From Sphaerodactylus townsendi (lineage: Eukaryota), in the NCBI RefSeq assembly GCF_021028975.2, contig NC_059427.1:95728001-95792000 (forward strand): a stretch of 64,000 nt of DNA, in the 5' to 3' direction. The notes below the pieces were generated by a model that worked only from the letters and a program-made list of their open reading frames with translations, did not search any database and was not told where the DNA came from. Made by a program: the position numbers and the translations under genes. Of this stretch, positions 52,385 through 64,000 are shown in pieces (the first letter of the stretch is position 1; each line of letters starts with the position of its first letter).

Positions 52385-52935
52385 CTCAGGCCTTGAAGGA
52401 CATTGTGCTTTCCACTTTTGATGAGGTCCAACTGATGCTTGCTGATTAGAGGTCATACTGGGCTCAGCACTATTAATAGAAAAGCAAGTTGATTTGGCTT
52501 CAAAAAAGGCATTCTGCCAACTCTGTTTAGCCCAGAAAGTGACCCCTACCTTGACTCAGCTGATGTGGCCACATGGATCCATGTTATGGTTACTTTGGGG
52601 ATAGACTATTGTAATGCACCCTACACAAGTTTGACCTTAAGACAATTCAGAAAATCCACTTTGTGTAGAATGCCTCAGCCCAGCTACTATCTGGCACTAG
52701 GTGGAACATGTATGTCACACCCAATTCTACAGAAACACCACCAGTTATCAACCAGTTACCAATTTCAGTTCAAGGTTCTGGTTATCACATACAAAGCCCT
52801 TAATGGCCTTGCACCCATGTACCAACAGGAGTGCCTCTTCTGCTATGCTTCAATAAAACTGCACCCATTTCAGGAACACTTTCTAGAGGTGCCTCCTTGC
52901 AAATGGGTAAGATCAACAGCTGGCTGTTCACATGC
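52385..52935 (+). mobile_element. L2-clade LINE fragment
   Basis: IDYCNAPYTSLTL...FQFKVLVITYKALNGLAPMYQQE. Confidence 0.8.
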
Positions 52936-53405
52936 ATTAAGAGCATAAGTAGAGTACAGCTGGATTGAACCAGTGGCCAACCAGTTCCTCTGGAGCTCTG
53001 TGCAGGCCAGAGGACTTTCCCAATGTTGCCTCCTGGCATTTGGATTCAGAGGTTTACTGCCTCTGAATGTGAAGGTTCCCTTTAGTCACCATAGCTATTA
53101 GCCACTGATGCACCTACCTATCATGAATCTATCTAATCCCTTTTTAAAGCCATCTGTGCCTTTGGCCGCCACTATATCTTCTGACCATGAATTCTACATT
53201 TTAATCACTCATTTGGTAAAGAAGTGGTTTTTTGCCTATCCTAAATCGACTACCCATCATTTTAGTTGATCTATTCTCTGCAGTCCCATGATGTCTTTCC
53301 CTACTGGTCTCAGCAAGTTCAGACCTCATTAGCACATCCTTAAATTTGGAATTTTTATTCCAGTGTGCATCACCTTACACTTACCTATGCTGAACTCCAG
53401 TTGCC
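52935..53405 (-). mobile_element. Older CR1 LINE 3' fragment
   Basis: TAAGAGCATAAG tail, ATCTAATCCCTTTTTAAAGCCAT and CATCACCTTACACTTACCTATGCTGAAC, typical of reverse-strand CR1. Confidence 0.65.
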
Positions 53406-54239
53406 ATATTTGTGGAGTTATGCTGGCAGTCGGGAATCCAGACTTATGCTGCCCTTTTAGATGGCATAAGTCTATTGAGCTCTATAGAGTATTCTCAGAG
53501 ACAGGGAGACTTTTCCACATTTTGAGTTCCCCCATGCTGTCCGGAAGCCTCTTTGGAAGCTACAGTTGGGCACCCAGCTCTTGGATAGGGCTATAATTCT
53601 GTAATCCTGATCCAATTGCATTGTTTGTTCATTTCTTTATGCTGTCTTTTACATTCTGTAATCTGCCCTGCGTCCTAGCAAGAAAGGCAGACTATAAATA
53701 AAGTTAAAAAAGCAATAACCTTGCATTCTCACATGGTCTGAAGAGACTTCTATCTTCCTGTATCCTCCTCATGCTCAGACCTGTTGTCTCTGCATGCCAC
53801 TCAGCAGTCAGTTGTAGAAATAAACACTGACCCAATAATTAAAATAGCCAGCAAGCAACACTTCATTTTTGAAAAAGTATTACTGTTTGGTGTAAGTCCA
53901 TGTTACCTATGTTATATTATGCATGTGCATTTTCTCATAGGCTTATGCTTGCCCCCTTTAGTTCATTCAATTGCCTGACCTGATCATCCATGACCTTGAG
54001 TAGAAAAATCTCAACTATTGCAAAAGCCCCCTCAAGGCAAAGAAATGATACTCCACCACCACATGAAAACGTTATCACGATTGCTACACATCTAACAAGC
54101 TGTTAAAAACAATGATTCATCATGGATGTTGGACATACAAGCTATATAGAGCTTTCAAGGTTAGAACCAACACTTGGAATTAGGTTTGGAGCAGAGCAGA
54201 AAGGATTGTAATTGCTGGAATGCTGGAATCATATGACTG

Positions 54240-54790
54240 ACTGGCAGGCTAGTCAGGAAATTCTGCTGGTGTACTGGCTACCTACCCCACAGGCAGATGC
54301 CCTGCCAAGTCTGTTGGAGGTTGTGTTGGACTAGGCCTTGAGATTCCCCAGGTCGATAGTGCTGGGGAATTTCAACACCCCTTTGGACCTGACCTCCTCA
54401 TTTCAGACTTCAGACCTAGTGTCACCCATGGCAGCACTAGGTTGCTCCCTGGTTAGCACATGTCCCACACACTAAGCAGGCCACATACTGAATTTGATTT
54501 TTGGTTTGGGCGTGGATGTGGATTTGATATCTTTAGATAGATGGCCATGGTAAGACCACTTTGTCCTGAAGGCCTGGCTGGGGGTTCTACTCCCTCTCTG
54601 TGTAGGTGATGAGCAGATTTATGCTCACCTGCAGAGGCTCATGGATCCTATTGAATTCTAGAATATTCTGTGGGATCCAATACCCATCAGTATCTCCCTG
54701 GATGAGCTGGTAGAAGATTGGCATGGATGTTTTTGTGAAGTCATCAACAAGATTGCTCCCCAGCTTCCTCTCCACACCCATTGAAACCCT
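54240..54790 (+). mobile_element. L2-clade LINE APE endonuclease region, degenerate
   Basis: ILLVY, IVLGNFN (GDFN), PTH*AGHILNLIF (GHxLDLxF), W*DH (SDH) motifs. Confidence 0.75.
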
Positions 54791-55214
54791 ATGTTAGGTC
54801 TCGAACCTTTAAGCAATAAACGGACTCTGCATTGTTGATCAGCAACATTTATTGATATGTTTTGAAGCACCCAGCTTGTCAAAGCCAGTTCTGGTGAACC
54901 TGACTTTTGCTACCCCCTTTATTTTGTTGTTAATCCCCCCTCCCATTTTCCCAAGGAATGTGAGAAAGAGTTAGTTTGGAGCTAAGGTGTCACAAGGTCA
55001 GTGATAGAGATAGAGCCACCTGGCATCCTGCCCCCACAGGATAATGGAAACAATCCTGTTTCTCATGAGACCAAAGCATCAGGGAAAAGCCTAGTTATCT
55101 ATTTGGCATGTGAAGCCATAAAGCAAAGATCAAAAAAAGAATGTCCCAGGATGGCAGTGATAACATATAGCAGGCTGGTAACATATATCTTGTAGCAATT
55201 ACATTGAGCTAGGA

Positions 55215-55870
55215 ATGCATCTAAATCAAGTTGAATTCCAGATCAAGTTCTGGTGTTAACTTTTAAAGCCCTGAGTGGTCTGCAGCCCACATATCTATGG
55301 GACTGCATCCCCCTTGGAGAGCGCTATGCTGCTCTAGAAGTAACCTCTTGGAAGTCCCCAACCCAAAGGACTTTGCACTGGCCTCAATGAGGGCCAGAAC
55401 ATTTTTAGCCTTGGCACCAGCCTGGTAAAACTCTCCATCACCTGAGACCAGGGCCCTGCAGAATGTAGTGCAGTTCCACAGAGCCTGCAAGTTGGAGATG
55501 TTCTGCTAGGCCTATGGTTGAGTCAGCTACAGTTCTACTATCTTGACTGGATTCCCCTTCCCCTTACACTTCTCCCCATTCCCATCCCCTTTCTCCACTC
55601 CCCCTTCCCCTTTCTCCTTCCTTTTTATTGAATAGGGTAGATTCTGGGGAGTGGGAGACAGTTTTTAACTTGGTTTGTTTTTTTATTACATGATATCCCC
55701 CCATTGGAAAACTTATTTGTCAGTTTTACTGGTGCCAAAGCTTTTTTATATGTTAAGAGTTGGGTTTAATTATTATTGGGCTGAATTTGATTGCATTATG
55801 TTGTTTGTATGTGAGCCATCCTAAGCCTGGCCTTCGGCTGGGGTAGGGTGCGATTCAAGCCCAAAATAAA
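55215..55870 (+). mobile_element. L2-clade LINE 3' end
   Basis: KVLVLTFKALSGLQPTYLWD..., pyrimidine-rich 3' UTR and GTGAGCCATCCTAAGCC end. Confidence 0.7.
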
Positions 55871-56325
55871 GTCAACAGCCTTCAAGCAGTACTCAGGGTA
55901 GCCCCAAGAAGAGCACACTGTAGTAATCCAGTTTAAATGTAACTGAGTTATGGACCACCAGATTGAACTAGGAACACACAAAACTGGTGCAGCATCTGAA
56001 GCTGGGTAACAGCATATTGAACCACTGCATCTGATTTTCTCAGGTAACTGCTGCTGTCTAGCAGCATTCCCAAGGTGAAAACTTGGCTTTCCAAGGAGAA
56101 TATAACCCCATCCAAGACAGGGGAGATCTCAAGTCTCCAGTCTGTCTTTCTACTAATACCGAACTCCTTTGTCTTGTCAGGATTAAATTTCAGCTTGTTC
56201 ACTCTCATCCAGCACTTTGCTGACTGGTGTAGAATATCAACGGCTTCCTTAGCATTAAATGGAAAAGAAAAGTAGAGCTGGGTATCATCCACATATTGGT
56301 GACTTCAGAGCCCCAAACTCCTGAT
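55870..56325 (-). mobile_element. L2-clade LINE RT fragment
   Basis: HQYVDDTQLYFSF...WMRVNKLKFNPDKTKE. Confidence 0.85.
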
Positions 56326-59223
56326 AACTAGTGACAACACTCTGTCCTGGAGGCATTTCAACTTCTGTGTAGAGTGACCATAAGCAGACAAATTATCTGA
56401 AAGCTTTCAAATGGAAAATGCTGTGTCTGTTCAGGCCTTGAGTTGGAGAATTAGCCTTTTGCACCAGAGCATCACAAAGTATTTGATTTTTATCTACACT
56501 TCCTTCAAGGAAGTGAAGTCAAGGAAGTAAAGTCCACCCTTTTTGGCTCCCATTAACTTGTAAAATAGAGCAGGCTGAGAGAGGTGACTGATCCAAGGTC
56601 ACTCGGTAAGCTTTACAGTACAGGAAAAATTTAAACATGTATCTCCACAGCCTTACAACTATTGCCTCTTGGCCTTTCACTCATTTATCTAGTCAGGCCA
56701 CTGCTATGGTAAGGAAGGAATATATACATTTTCAGTTTGCCAGCTGTATATGGAATGTTGAAAGGGTTTTGAAGAGTGGATTGGTTCGAGCTACAGAAAT
56801 ACAGTGGTACAAACACTTGTAAAGAACCCCAATTCCTGAAAAGTTTAGAAAAGAGGACCAATTTTATTTTTCTTGGAATAAAGTAATTTAAGATCTGTGG
56901 CTTACAGGATGAAGCCATCCTGCAGCCAGGATAAAATTCCATATACAATTATATCTCAAAAAAAGTGTGGCATACCAAAACAGTCTGACATAGCATTTTT
57001 TGGCATATTCTTGATTGCATATTCACTTCAGCTCACTGTATATAACATTGTCTTACAATCAGGATGAGTCACTTCATGGCACGGTTTATTCTTTTCACTT
57101 GAGCTGATACCCCTCCCCCCACCATGATATCATTTTTAAAAATTTGGCTGAATTTAGGAGGGTCATTGACATATTCAATATGGTATTCTGTTCTATGATG
57201 CGGTTATTGCACAAACAGATCAAAATTCTCAGTCACCAAATTTAGCTAGCCTGAATGATTCAGGCAAAAATGATTTAGTCAGTCCAGCAGTGCTGGTGTT
57301 AACCTTCATTTAAATGGAGAACTTTTGCCCTTGTTTTTGTAGACATTACTTGTTTAGCTTTAAATAGAATGCAGAATTATTTTAAAATCAACTGGGACTC
57401 ACAAAGAGTTACAGGAGGAGGGAACGATTTGGACATCTCACTGCATGCTCGCTAATATCCCCTGGGATCATCTAAGTCCCCATGGATGTATAATGCTTGC
57501 AGACTGTGGCTCAATCTGCACAAATCACCTGAAATGTTTCTAAAATGTTTTCAGTTTACGTATGTTCACACTCACCCCCTCAAAATGATCCATGGCCACC
57601 ATGATTCCCTTTTGAGATAGATGTTGAATTGATCCTTCAGTGTTTCACAGACTTGTGCTGTGATTCTCTGCACTTCATATACTCAATGCTTTGAAGATTA
57701 CCCACCCCCCCATTAAAAAACAAAAACAAATGGTGCAACTAAATAGCCAAGAAGGAATGGAATGAGCTTAGAATATGGCACCGAGGTGGAAGTCCAGGGA
57801 CAGCATGGAGGTGTGGAAAATTTCATAAATAGATGGCACAGGCAACTGAAGACATTTTGAAAACATTTCACCCAAAGAATCATTTTAAAAGGACATTAAT
57901 TTAAAATATTTTGAGACTGAAAATAAAATGTTTTGAAAACAAAGGGACTAAAAACAATGTGGAACTCCATGAAGGAAACATTTTATTTCCTGCGTCAAAA
58001 CATTTTAAAAGGTTTGTGCAGAATGGTCCAGTCTCCTACATTTTTACTGAGAGCACAATTATTTATTTCCCCCATTTCCTTAAACTCACACTTATCTGCT
58101 CTATCCCATAATTTTTAGAACATATTTTCTTCTCATTAGGTCATTTTGATGGAAAGGAGTTAATTTACAAGGTAATATTTTCCTTGGAATTTGTGAAGTT
58201 GACAGAACATGTAGAGATTCCTAGCTTAGCTGTGGGTAGCCCAGTTTTGTTATTCTGTCATTCACAGAGGGGACTGCATGTTTACTACTAGTGATAAGAT
58301 TTTACAGGAAATGTAACATGGATTTTTAAAAACTTCCTTTGTTTTCATGGAACAAATTTGGCAGAAGTATTGTTGAATGATTTCACAGCCAGAATCAACT
58401 GGCTGTTGTGGTTTTTCCAGGCTGTGTAGAACTTGACCGATCTTGCACAAAATTCTTTATGTGTATATATAAGTTAGGGGTGAGGGAGGTAGGGGAACTT
58501 ATCAGCTTCTAGATGTATCTGTCTTACAGAGGAAATTGAGGAGCAAGGACATGATGTTATGACATATCACTGTTGCAGAGGTAGTGATTTGTTGCTTTGA
58601 TTCCCTTTCACTAGCTAACCAAGCAGCACTGGCATTTGGGGACTGAAAGTGGGGAATTCCTTTCTGGAAGTAGGAATGCAGCAAAACTACTCCCTCACCA
58701 AACTTCTAGGTGTTCAAGTACAGCTGCCAGGCATTTGCCAATCAATCCTGGGAGTTTTTGGGACAGAGCATGGGAACAGGAAATGGCCAGCAACACAATG
58801 ACATCAGCTCTGGTTGAAGACTTGGAAATGATGTCACCTCATTGTCAGATCCTCTGGGAATTCCCTCAATCACTCTGGTCAAGACGACAGAGATTGGGGA
58901 TCAAAACATCATGGATGCAGTGACATCACCCTATTCACAGTGCCATCCCCTCAGCTTTATCCTTCTGCAACAGCAGGTAAAGCAGGATAGAGCTGAAGGG
59001 GGTATGAGGTTGCTTGCTGCAGTGAGCAATCTAGAAATCCTGGATTCAGGTATGCCACTGAAGAGTACATCTTCATACCTCTGAATAGGCTATGAGTTGT
59101 ACAAGCAAACTGGGCCTTCTCAACATCATATGAATTTTTTCATCAAATGAAACCTCAGTTTTCACTGTGCAAATTTTAGAAGGCTAAAAGACCATGGATG
59201 TTCCAATACATTAAAAATGCTGT

Positions 59224-59441
59224 TAGGGTTGCCAGCTCCAGGCTGGGAAATTCCTGAAGATTTTTGAATGGAGTCTGAGGAGATCATTGTTTGAGAAGGG
59301 GAGAGACCTCAGTGGGAAATAATGATACAGATCCCACCCTCTAAAGCAGCCATTTTCTCCAGGAGATCTGAATTCTTTAGTATTGAGATTACTTATAATT
59401 CCAGAAAATCTCCAGATTCCACCTATAGCTTTGTAACCCTA
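59224..59441. mobile_element. ~215-bp MITE-like repeat (TAGGGTTGCC termini)
   Basis: TAGGGTTGCCAG ... TTGTAACCCTA; related copies at 14073-14289 and ~62101-62300. Confidence 0.7.
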
Positions 59442-59551
59442 GTTTGTAGACTGTCTTTGACGCATGTTCACTGAATTTTTGTGGTAACAGCATTGTGCTT
59501 TCTCTTGCATTCTAAGTCTCTGTACCTGCCATAAACTGTCTCGTTCACATA

Positions 59552-59848
59552 GGCCGTTTCCGCACGGCCCATTTATGACGGCCTGGGGGCGCCAAAAAAG
59601 GCGCCCCCAGGCTGCCGTTCGCACAGGCGCCGCTGCTGCAACGCAGCAGCGGCGACCTGACTCTTCTTCCCTCCCCCCAGGGTGGCGTCAAGCCGCCCTA
59701 AACAACAACCCTTTAAAGGGTTGTTGTTGGGGAGGGAGCGTCTTCCCTGCGGCGCGGTGCGAACCGCGCCGCTGGGAAGACGCTGTCTCCCGTCTCCGCC
59801 CTACTCACGGTGTCCTCCTCGTCGCCTGCGGGGCGTCGCAGCCCCGCC
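59552..59848. mobile_element. Young CpG-rich PIF/Harbinger-type MITE, right end lost in gap
   Basis: Starts GGCCGTTTCCGCACGG, identical to the TIR at 22008; internal palindrome AACAACAACCCTTTAAAGGGTTGTTGTT. Confidence 0.8.
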
Positions 59849-60275
59849 NNNNNNNNNNNNNNNNNNNNNNNNNNNNNNNNNNNNNNNNNNNNNNNNNNNN
59901 NNNNNNNNNNNNNNNNNNNNNNNNNNNNNNNNNNNNNNNNNNNNNNNNNNNNNNNNNNNNNNNNNNNNNNNNNNNNNNNNNNNNNNNGGGGGGNNNNNNN
60001 NNNNNNNNNNNNNNNNNNNNNNNNNNNNNNNNNNNNNNNNNNNNNNNNNNNNNNNNNNNNNNNNNNNNNNNNNNNNNNNNNNNNNNNNNNNNNNNNNNNN
60101 NNNNNNNNNNNNNNNNNNNNNNNNNNNNNNNNNNNNNNNNNNNNNNNNNNNNNNNNNNNNNNNNNNNNNNNNNNNNNNNNGGGGGGTGGTTGGGGGGGGG
60201 TGTGGGGTGGGGGTGTGGGGGGGTTTGGGGGGGGGGGGGGTAGAGGGGGGGGGGGGGGGTGGGGGGGGGGGGGGG
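59849..60275. other. Assembly gap (N) with adjoining poly-G of doubtful quality
   Basis: N at 59849-60180 with an embedded G6; near-pure G run at 60181-60275. Confidence 0.95.
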
Positions 60276-60734
60276 TTACAAGATGATGCACCTGATTGCC
60301 TTGCCCCTGAAATGTTTTGGGATCATATCATAGCCTTTAAAGTATTTTTGGCTCGAATACCATACTTTCACTATGGGCCAGGCTGAAATAAACAGGTGTC
60401 CCTGATGAAGAAGTCCAGCCAATGCAAAAGAGGGAAAGACCTGGATTATCCAGTCTAGTATCATTATAGAAGTTACTACATGCACTTACCTTTTGGAGGA
60501 CTGTAAGACTTACCTGCATTTATCTGCATTTGAAGGTTTTGTATGAGGATGGTACCCAGTTTGCCAATACATCCTTTCTTCTTCTTAGTGCACTTTGGAC
60601 ACTTGCTATCTTTGTCTTTGTTGTTCTCTTGTATTTTGCAAGATTATGCTTGTTCTTTGCTTGCATACTGCTTTTTGTCATTTTCGTCTTTTGATTTTAT
60701 ATATTTTATATTTTGAATATATATATATATTATA

Positions 60735-61915
60735 CTAGCAGGGCACCCATGCTTCGCTACACATACTTCATCACAGGCTCTCTATGAATTTTGAGGTGAC
60801 ATTCAACATACTTCTTTACAGTCTGTTTGGGGTGACATGCAGCATATTTCCTCACAGCCTGTCTGAGAACTGATGGGTTTCGCATATTTTGCAGCAGCTT
60901 CCTGTAGTTGTCTTTTTCTAATGCAATGTATTATTGCTCTCTTTCACCTGGTGGGCTCCAAAAGATGTCATGTGGAAGCAGCCATTGTATTTTTGGGATG
61001 CAGAAAGGAAGTGTTCTGCCATTGGATGCTGATGAGTGAGAAGGCTGTGAAGAGGTTCAGAGTAGGGTTGAAGGGCAGGGAGCTGGACTGTACCACCACT
61101 GCAACACATTCCTGGGGACTCATCCCACCACTTCAGAGCACGACATCAAGCACAGGGTGATCGGAGGCCGAGAGCAGTAAACTTGTCTCCACAGTAATCA
61201 ATCTGATGTCCATATGCAAAACCCGACAAATGTTTAGTAGTCCAAGGTGATAGTGTGGTTTGTAATGTATGTTGATAGTATTTGGCTGTAGTGGTGTTGT
61301 TAACGTGAGGGTGGGTGGAGGAGTACTTTTTCACAGCCTGTCTGTTAACATTGGGGTGACATTCAGCATACTTCTTTGCAGCCTGTTTGTGAACTTTGGG
61401 GTGACATGCAGCATATTTCCTCACAGCCTGTCTGTGGACTGATGGGTTTGTTTTTGCATATTTTGCAGCAGCTTTTTGTAGTTGTCTTTTTATAATGCAG
61501 TGTGTAAAGCGCTTTCTGCGTTTAATTCCTCTTCTCCCTGTAGCAGTTTCAGCAGAAGGGATAGGTTTGCATGGTTGTGGAGAGCAGTGTTAGAATGCAT
61601 TTGGTGCACCTTGGTGAAGGACATGAAGCTGGTAGTGTTGAACTGTCACCCTTAGAATGTTCATGCAGCATGTCTGTGGACTGAGCAGTTGGTTTGCCCT
61701 TAGAATGTTCGCGCAGGTGGCCAGAGATGAGCAGTGAAAACAGTAAATAGGTAATAAATCAAGTGGAAGTGAATATTTTGGGAAATACTTTCTTAGTGAG
61801 CACCTGGAGTATCTAAGGAACAGGTGTGCCAAATTTAATGTGTGTGGCTTTGGTGGTTTTTGAGTTCTGTTGATGAGTCAGTGAGTCAGTGGAATTTCGT
61901 GTTTATATATATAGA
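60735..61915 (-). mobile_element. Helitron, non-autonomous internal-deletion derivative
   Basis: Minus strand 5' TC(TATATA), 3' hairpin remnant TAGCGAAGCATGGG..CTAG, inserted at A|T with no TSD; Rep-helicase N-terminal remnant GFAYGHQIDY..CA*CRALKWWDESPGMCCSGGTVQLP..PLHSLL..HFL...QKYNGCFHMTSFGA. Confidence 0.92.
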
Positions 61916-64000
61916 TATTTGTGAGCTTCTTAATTGTGGTAGTTTTGGTGTGGTAGGTGTTTGTTTTGCTTTTTGTGACTTTCTACCATGATTCCTGTGA
62001 TTCTATTAGTGGGCTTTTCGAAGTTTTGTTTTAAAATGTTGCAGAAACAATATTCTATTTATATTCTTTGTATATAGCAATTTTTAAAAAAGATAGAACT
62101 TATGGTTCCTAACTCCAGTTTGGGAAATTCCTGGATATCTGGGGGCAGTGTTGGAGAAGGAAACTCAACAGGCATGTGATGTCATAAAGCTGGCCCTCCA
62201 ACTCTGCCGTTTTCTTCAGGGAAACTGATCTCTGTAGCCAGGAGATCAGATGTAATTCCATCAGTACTCCAGGCTCTATGTTGAGGTTGGAAGTCTGCTA
62301 CTCAGGTATAAAGCTGAAGAACTGGTATTGCTGCTGATTCATCAATAAAGGTTTAATACAAAACAAGGAAACCCCCATCCACAGGCCAGGCTCTTGCCTG
62401 CAGCGCTACGGTCATGATGCCTCGCTGCTCTGAAAGGGGCTCCCTAGCAGCATGGGGAAGGCAAAATACCACCCCATCTCTGAGGAGCCCCAGTGAATTA
62501 CACTGCACTTATGCCAGCCAAAGGCTAGACTAAGTGCAGGCTGTGGTCTGCTGCTGCAATGCTAGCAAAGGCTGGGAGGGCGTCGTCTAATGCTGACTCT
62601 TCCCCTGGTCCCACCCTCAGCCCACCCTCGCTATGCCACTGGTGGCGGCAAAAGAGCAGATATGCTGTTGCAGAATCCTGTACCACATTCCATCATTGGC
62701 GGGGGTCAGTGGTGGCATGACAGTGACTTCACCCCTCCTTCAGGGTAAGTGCTCCAGAGAGGACAAATCTACCGCTCACCCCCCCCCCCTTTGAATGGGG
62801 CTGTTGGTATAATACTTTATTAAAAATAGTCACTATTAGCACTTTCCTATGAGCAGGGGTTATGATTAAGTTGCAGGGGGAATTTAATATTGAACTTTAA
62901 TTCAAGGCAGTTTTTTTTCATTCCTCTATTCCTTTAGTACAAGAGTGGATGAAATTTGGACATATGGATCCAGTCTTTTCCTATGAGATTATTTTCATGA
63001 AATTTATATAAGTTTCTAAATAAAATAATAAGTGGCAAAAATCAATCCAGATAGCATAAAAATAAAAACAGCATTTAAACTGATATAATAAATAAAACCG
63101 GCAACAAGGAACTCAGTTTTAAAAACTGAACCAACATAATAAAACTTCAAAGGACATTGATTGGGCTGCAAAAGAGTTGAGTATGTATTGATATGTCATT
63201 TTAATAAATAAATAAAACTTGATACATGAATTTGGCATACAGCAACTACATTTCTCATGAAACTAAGAGACCCAGACATGCATGGAAATTTCCAGGCCAG
63301 GGTTCCACATTGTGTCTGAAATAATTATGAATTGGAATAGTAATTTATCTTAAAATGAAAAATGATCAAGTAGGACAATACTTTTCATTCATTCTGAAGG
63401 GATCATGCAGTGAACTAAATGACATCACTATAGTTCACAGCCAGATTTGGCTATAATAATATCTGCATGGAAAAATGAAGGGAATTGAGAGAGACCTCCA
63501 GAGAAAACAATAAGCATGAACTGGTGAATATTTCAATAGGCATTGATGAAAAATCATCTAACGAGTGGAATATATTTCAGCATCATCACAAATGCTTTGC
63601 CACAAGGAAGTGGCTTCTTCTCGGTCTCCATTTGCAAGGAACTTCCTCTGCTGTGTGGTACTTTCCTGTGGCACTAGATATCTTATGGCAAGAACTCCTA
63701 GTGCTGGAGGAATGAGCTCTAGAAGAGAGGAGTGTCCCAGTAACAAACCAGGGCAAGCAGAAGCAAGGCTTATGATTCAAGTCACAACATTCATATGAAT
63801 GCTCCCTTAGTGACTATCAACATCAACTCCAGTGTGCAGACTGTATCATCAAGAGATGCCATTTTGAAACAGAGATTGAGATCCCAGAACAAAAAATACA
63901 CATGTACCCATTAGTCATGTACTCAAATGTGTTTATTGTCAAAAGAAATCTACCTGGAAGTGATATTCAGATACTTACATGCATTTAGACTGCCAGTGTG

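Noticed and set aside
59575-60386. 158-234 aa ORFs and a G-quadruplex-like G tract
   Set aside because: Artefacts of N runs and probable low-quality poly-G.
60486-60515. Two adjacent GTAAGT donor-like sites on the minus strand
   Set aside because: No credible upstream acceptor or recognisable peptide.

Overview
Non-coding, repeat-rich vertebrate genomic DNA, most likely from a squamate and probably a gecko, judging by Squam3-like CORE SINEs together with BovB, CR1, L2, R4/Dong and L1 fragments. I find no intact host protein-coding gene, and nearly all supplied ORFs are chance or transposon-derived. Recognisable content: (i) a decayed ~4.4-kb Ngaro-type tyrosine-recombinase retrotransposon (gag Zn-finger, RT, YR and SGNH-hydrolase remnants) carrying a nested SINE and a hAT MITE; (ii) an internally deleted Helitron; (iii) a 3'-truncated 7SK retropseudogene; (iv) several PIF/Harbinger-type MITEs, three of them young and CpG-rich; (v) two locally templated duplications inside LINE fragments; (vi) a tentative decayed, spliced ankyrin-repeat gene on the minus strand at ~7.2-11.4 kb; (vii) homeodomain-motif-rich blocks that may be enhancers; (viii) an assembly gap with poly-G at ~59.85-60.28 kb. 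All assignments come from motif recognition by eye, with no database search. I see no well-supported wholly new biological system; the ankyrin remnant is the best lead.
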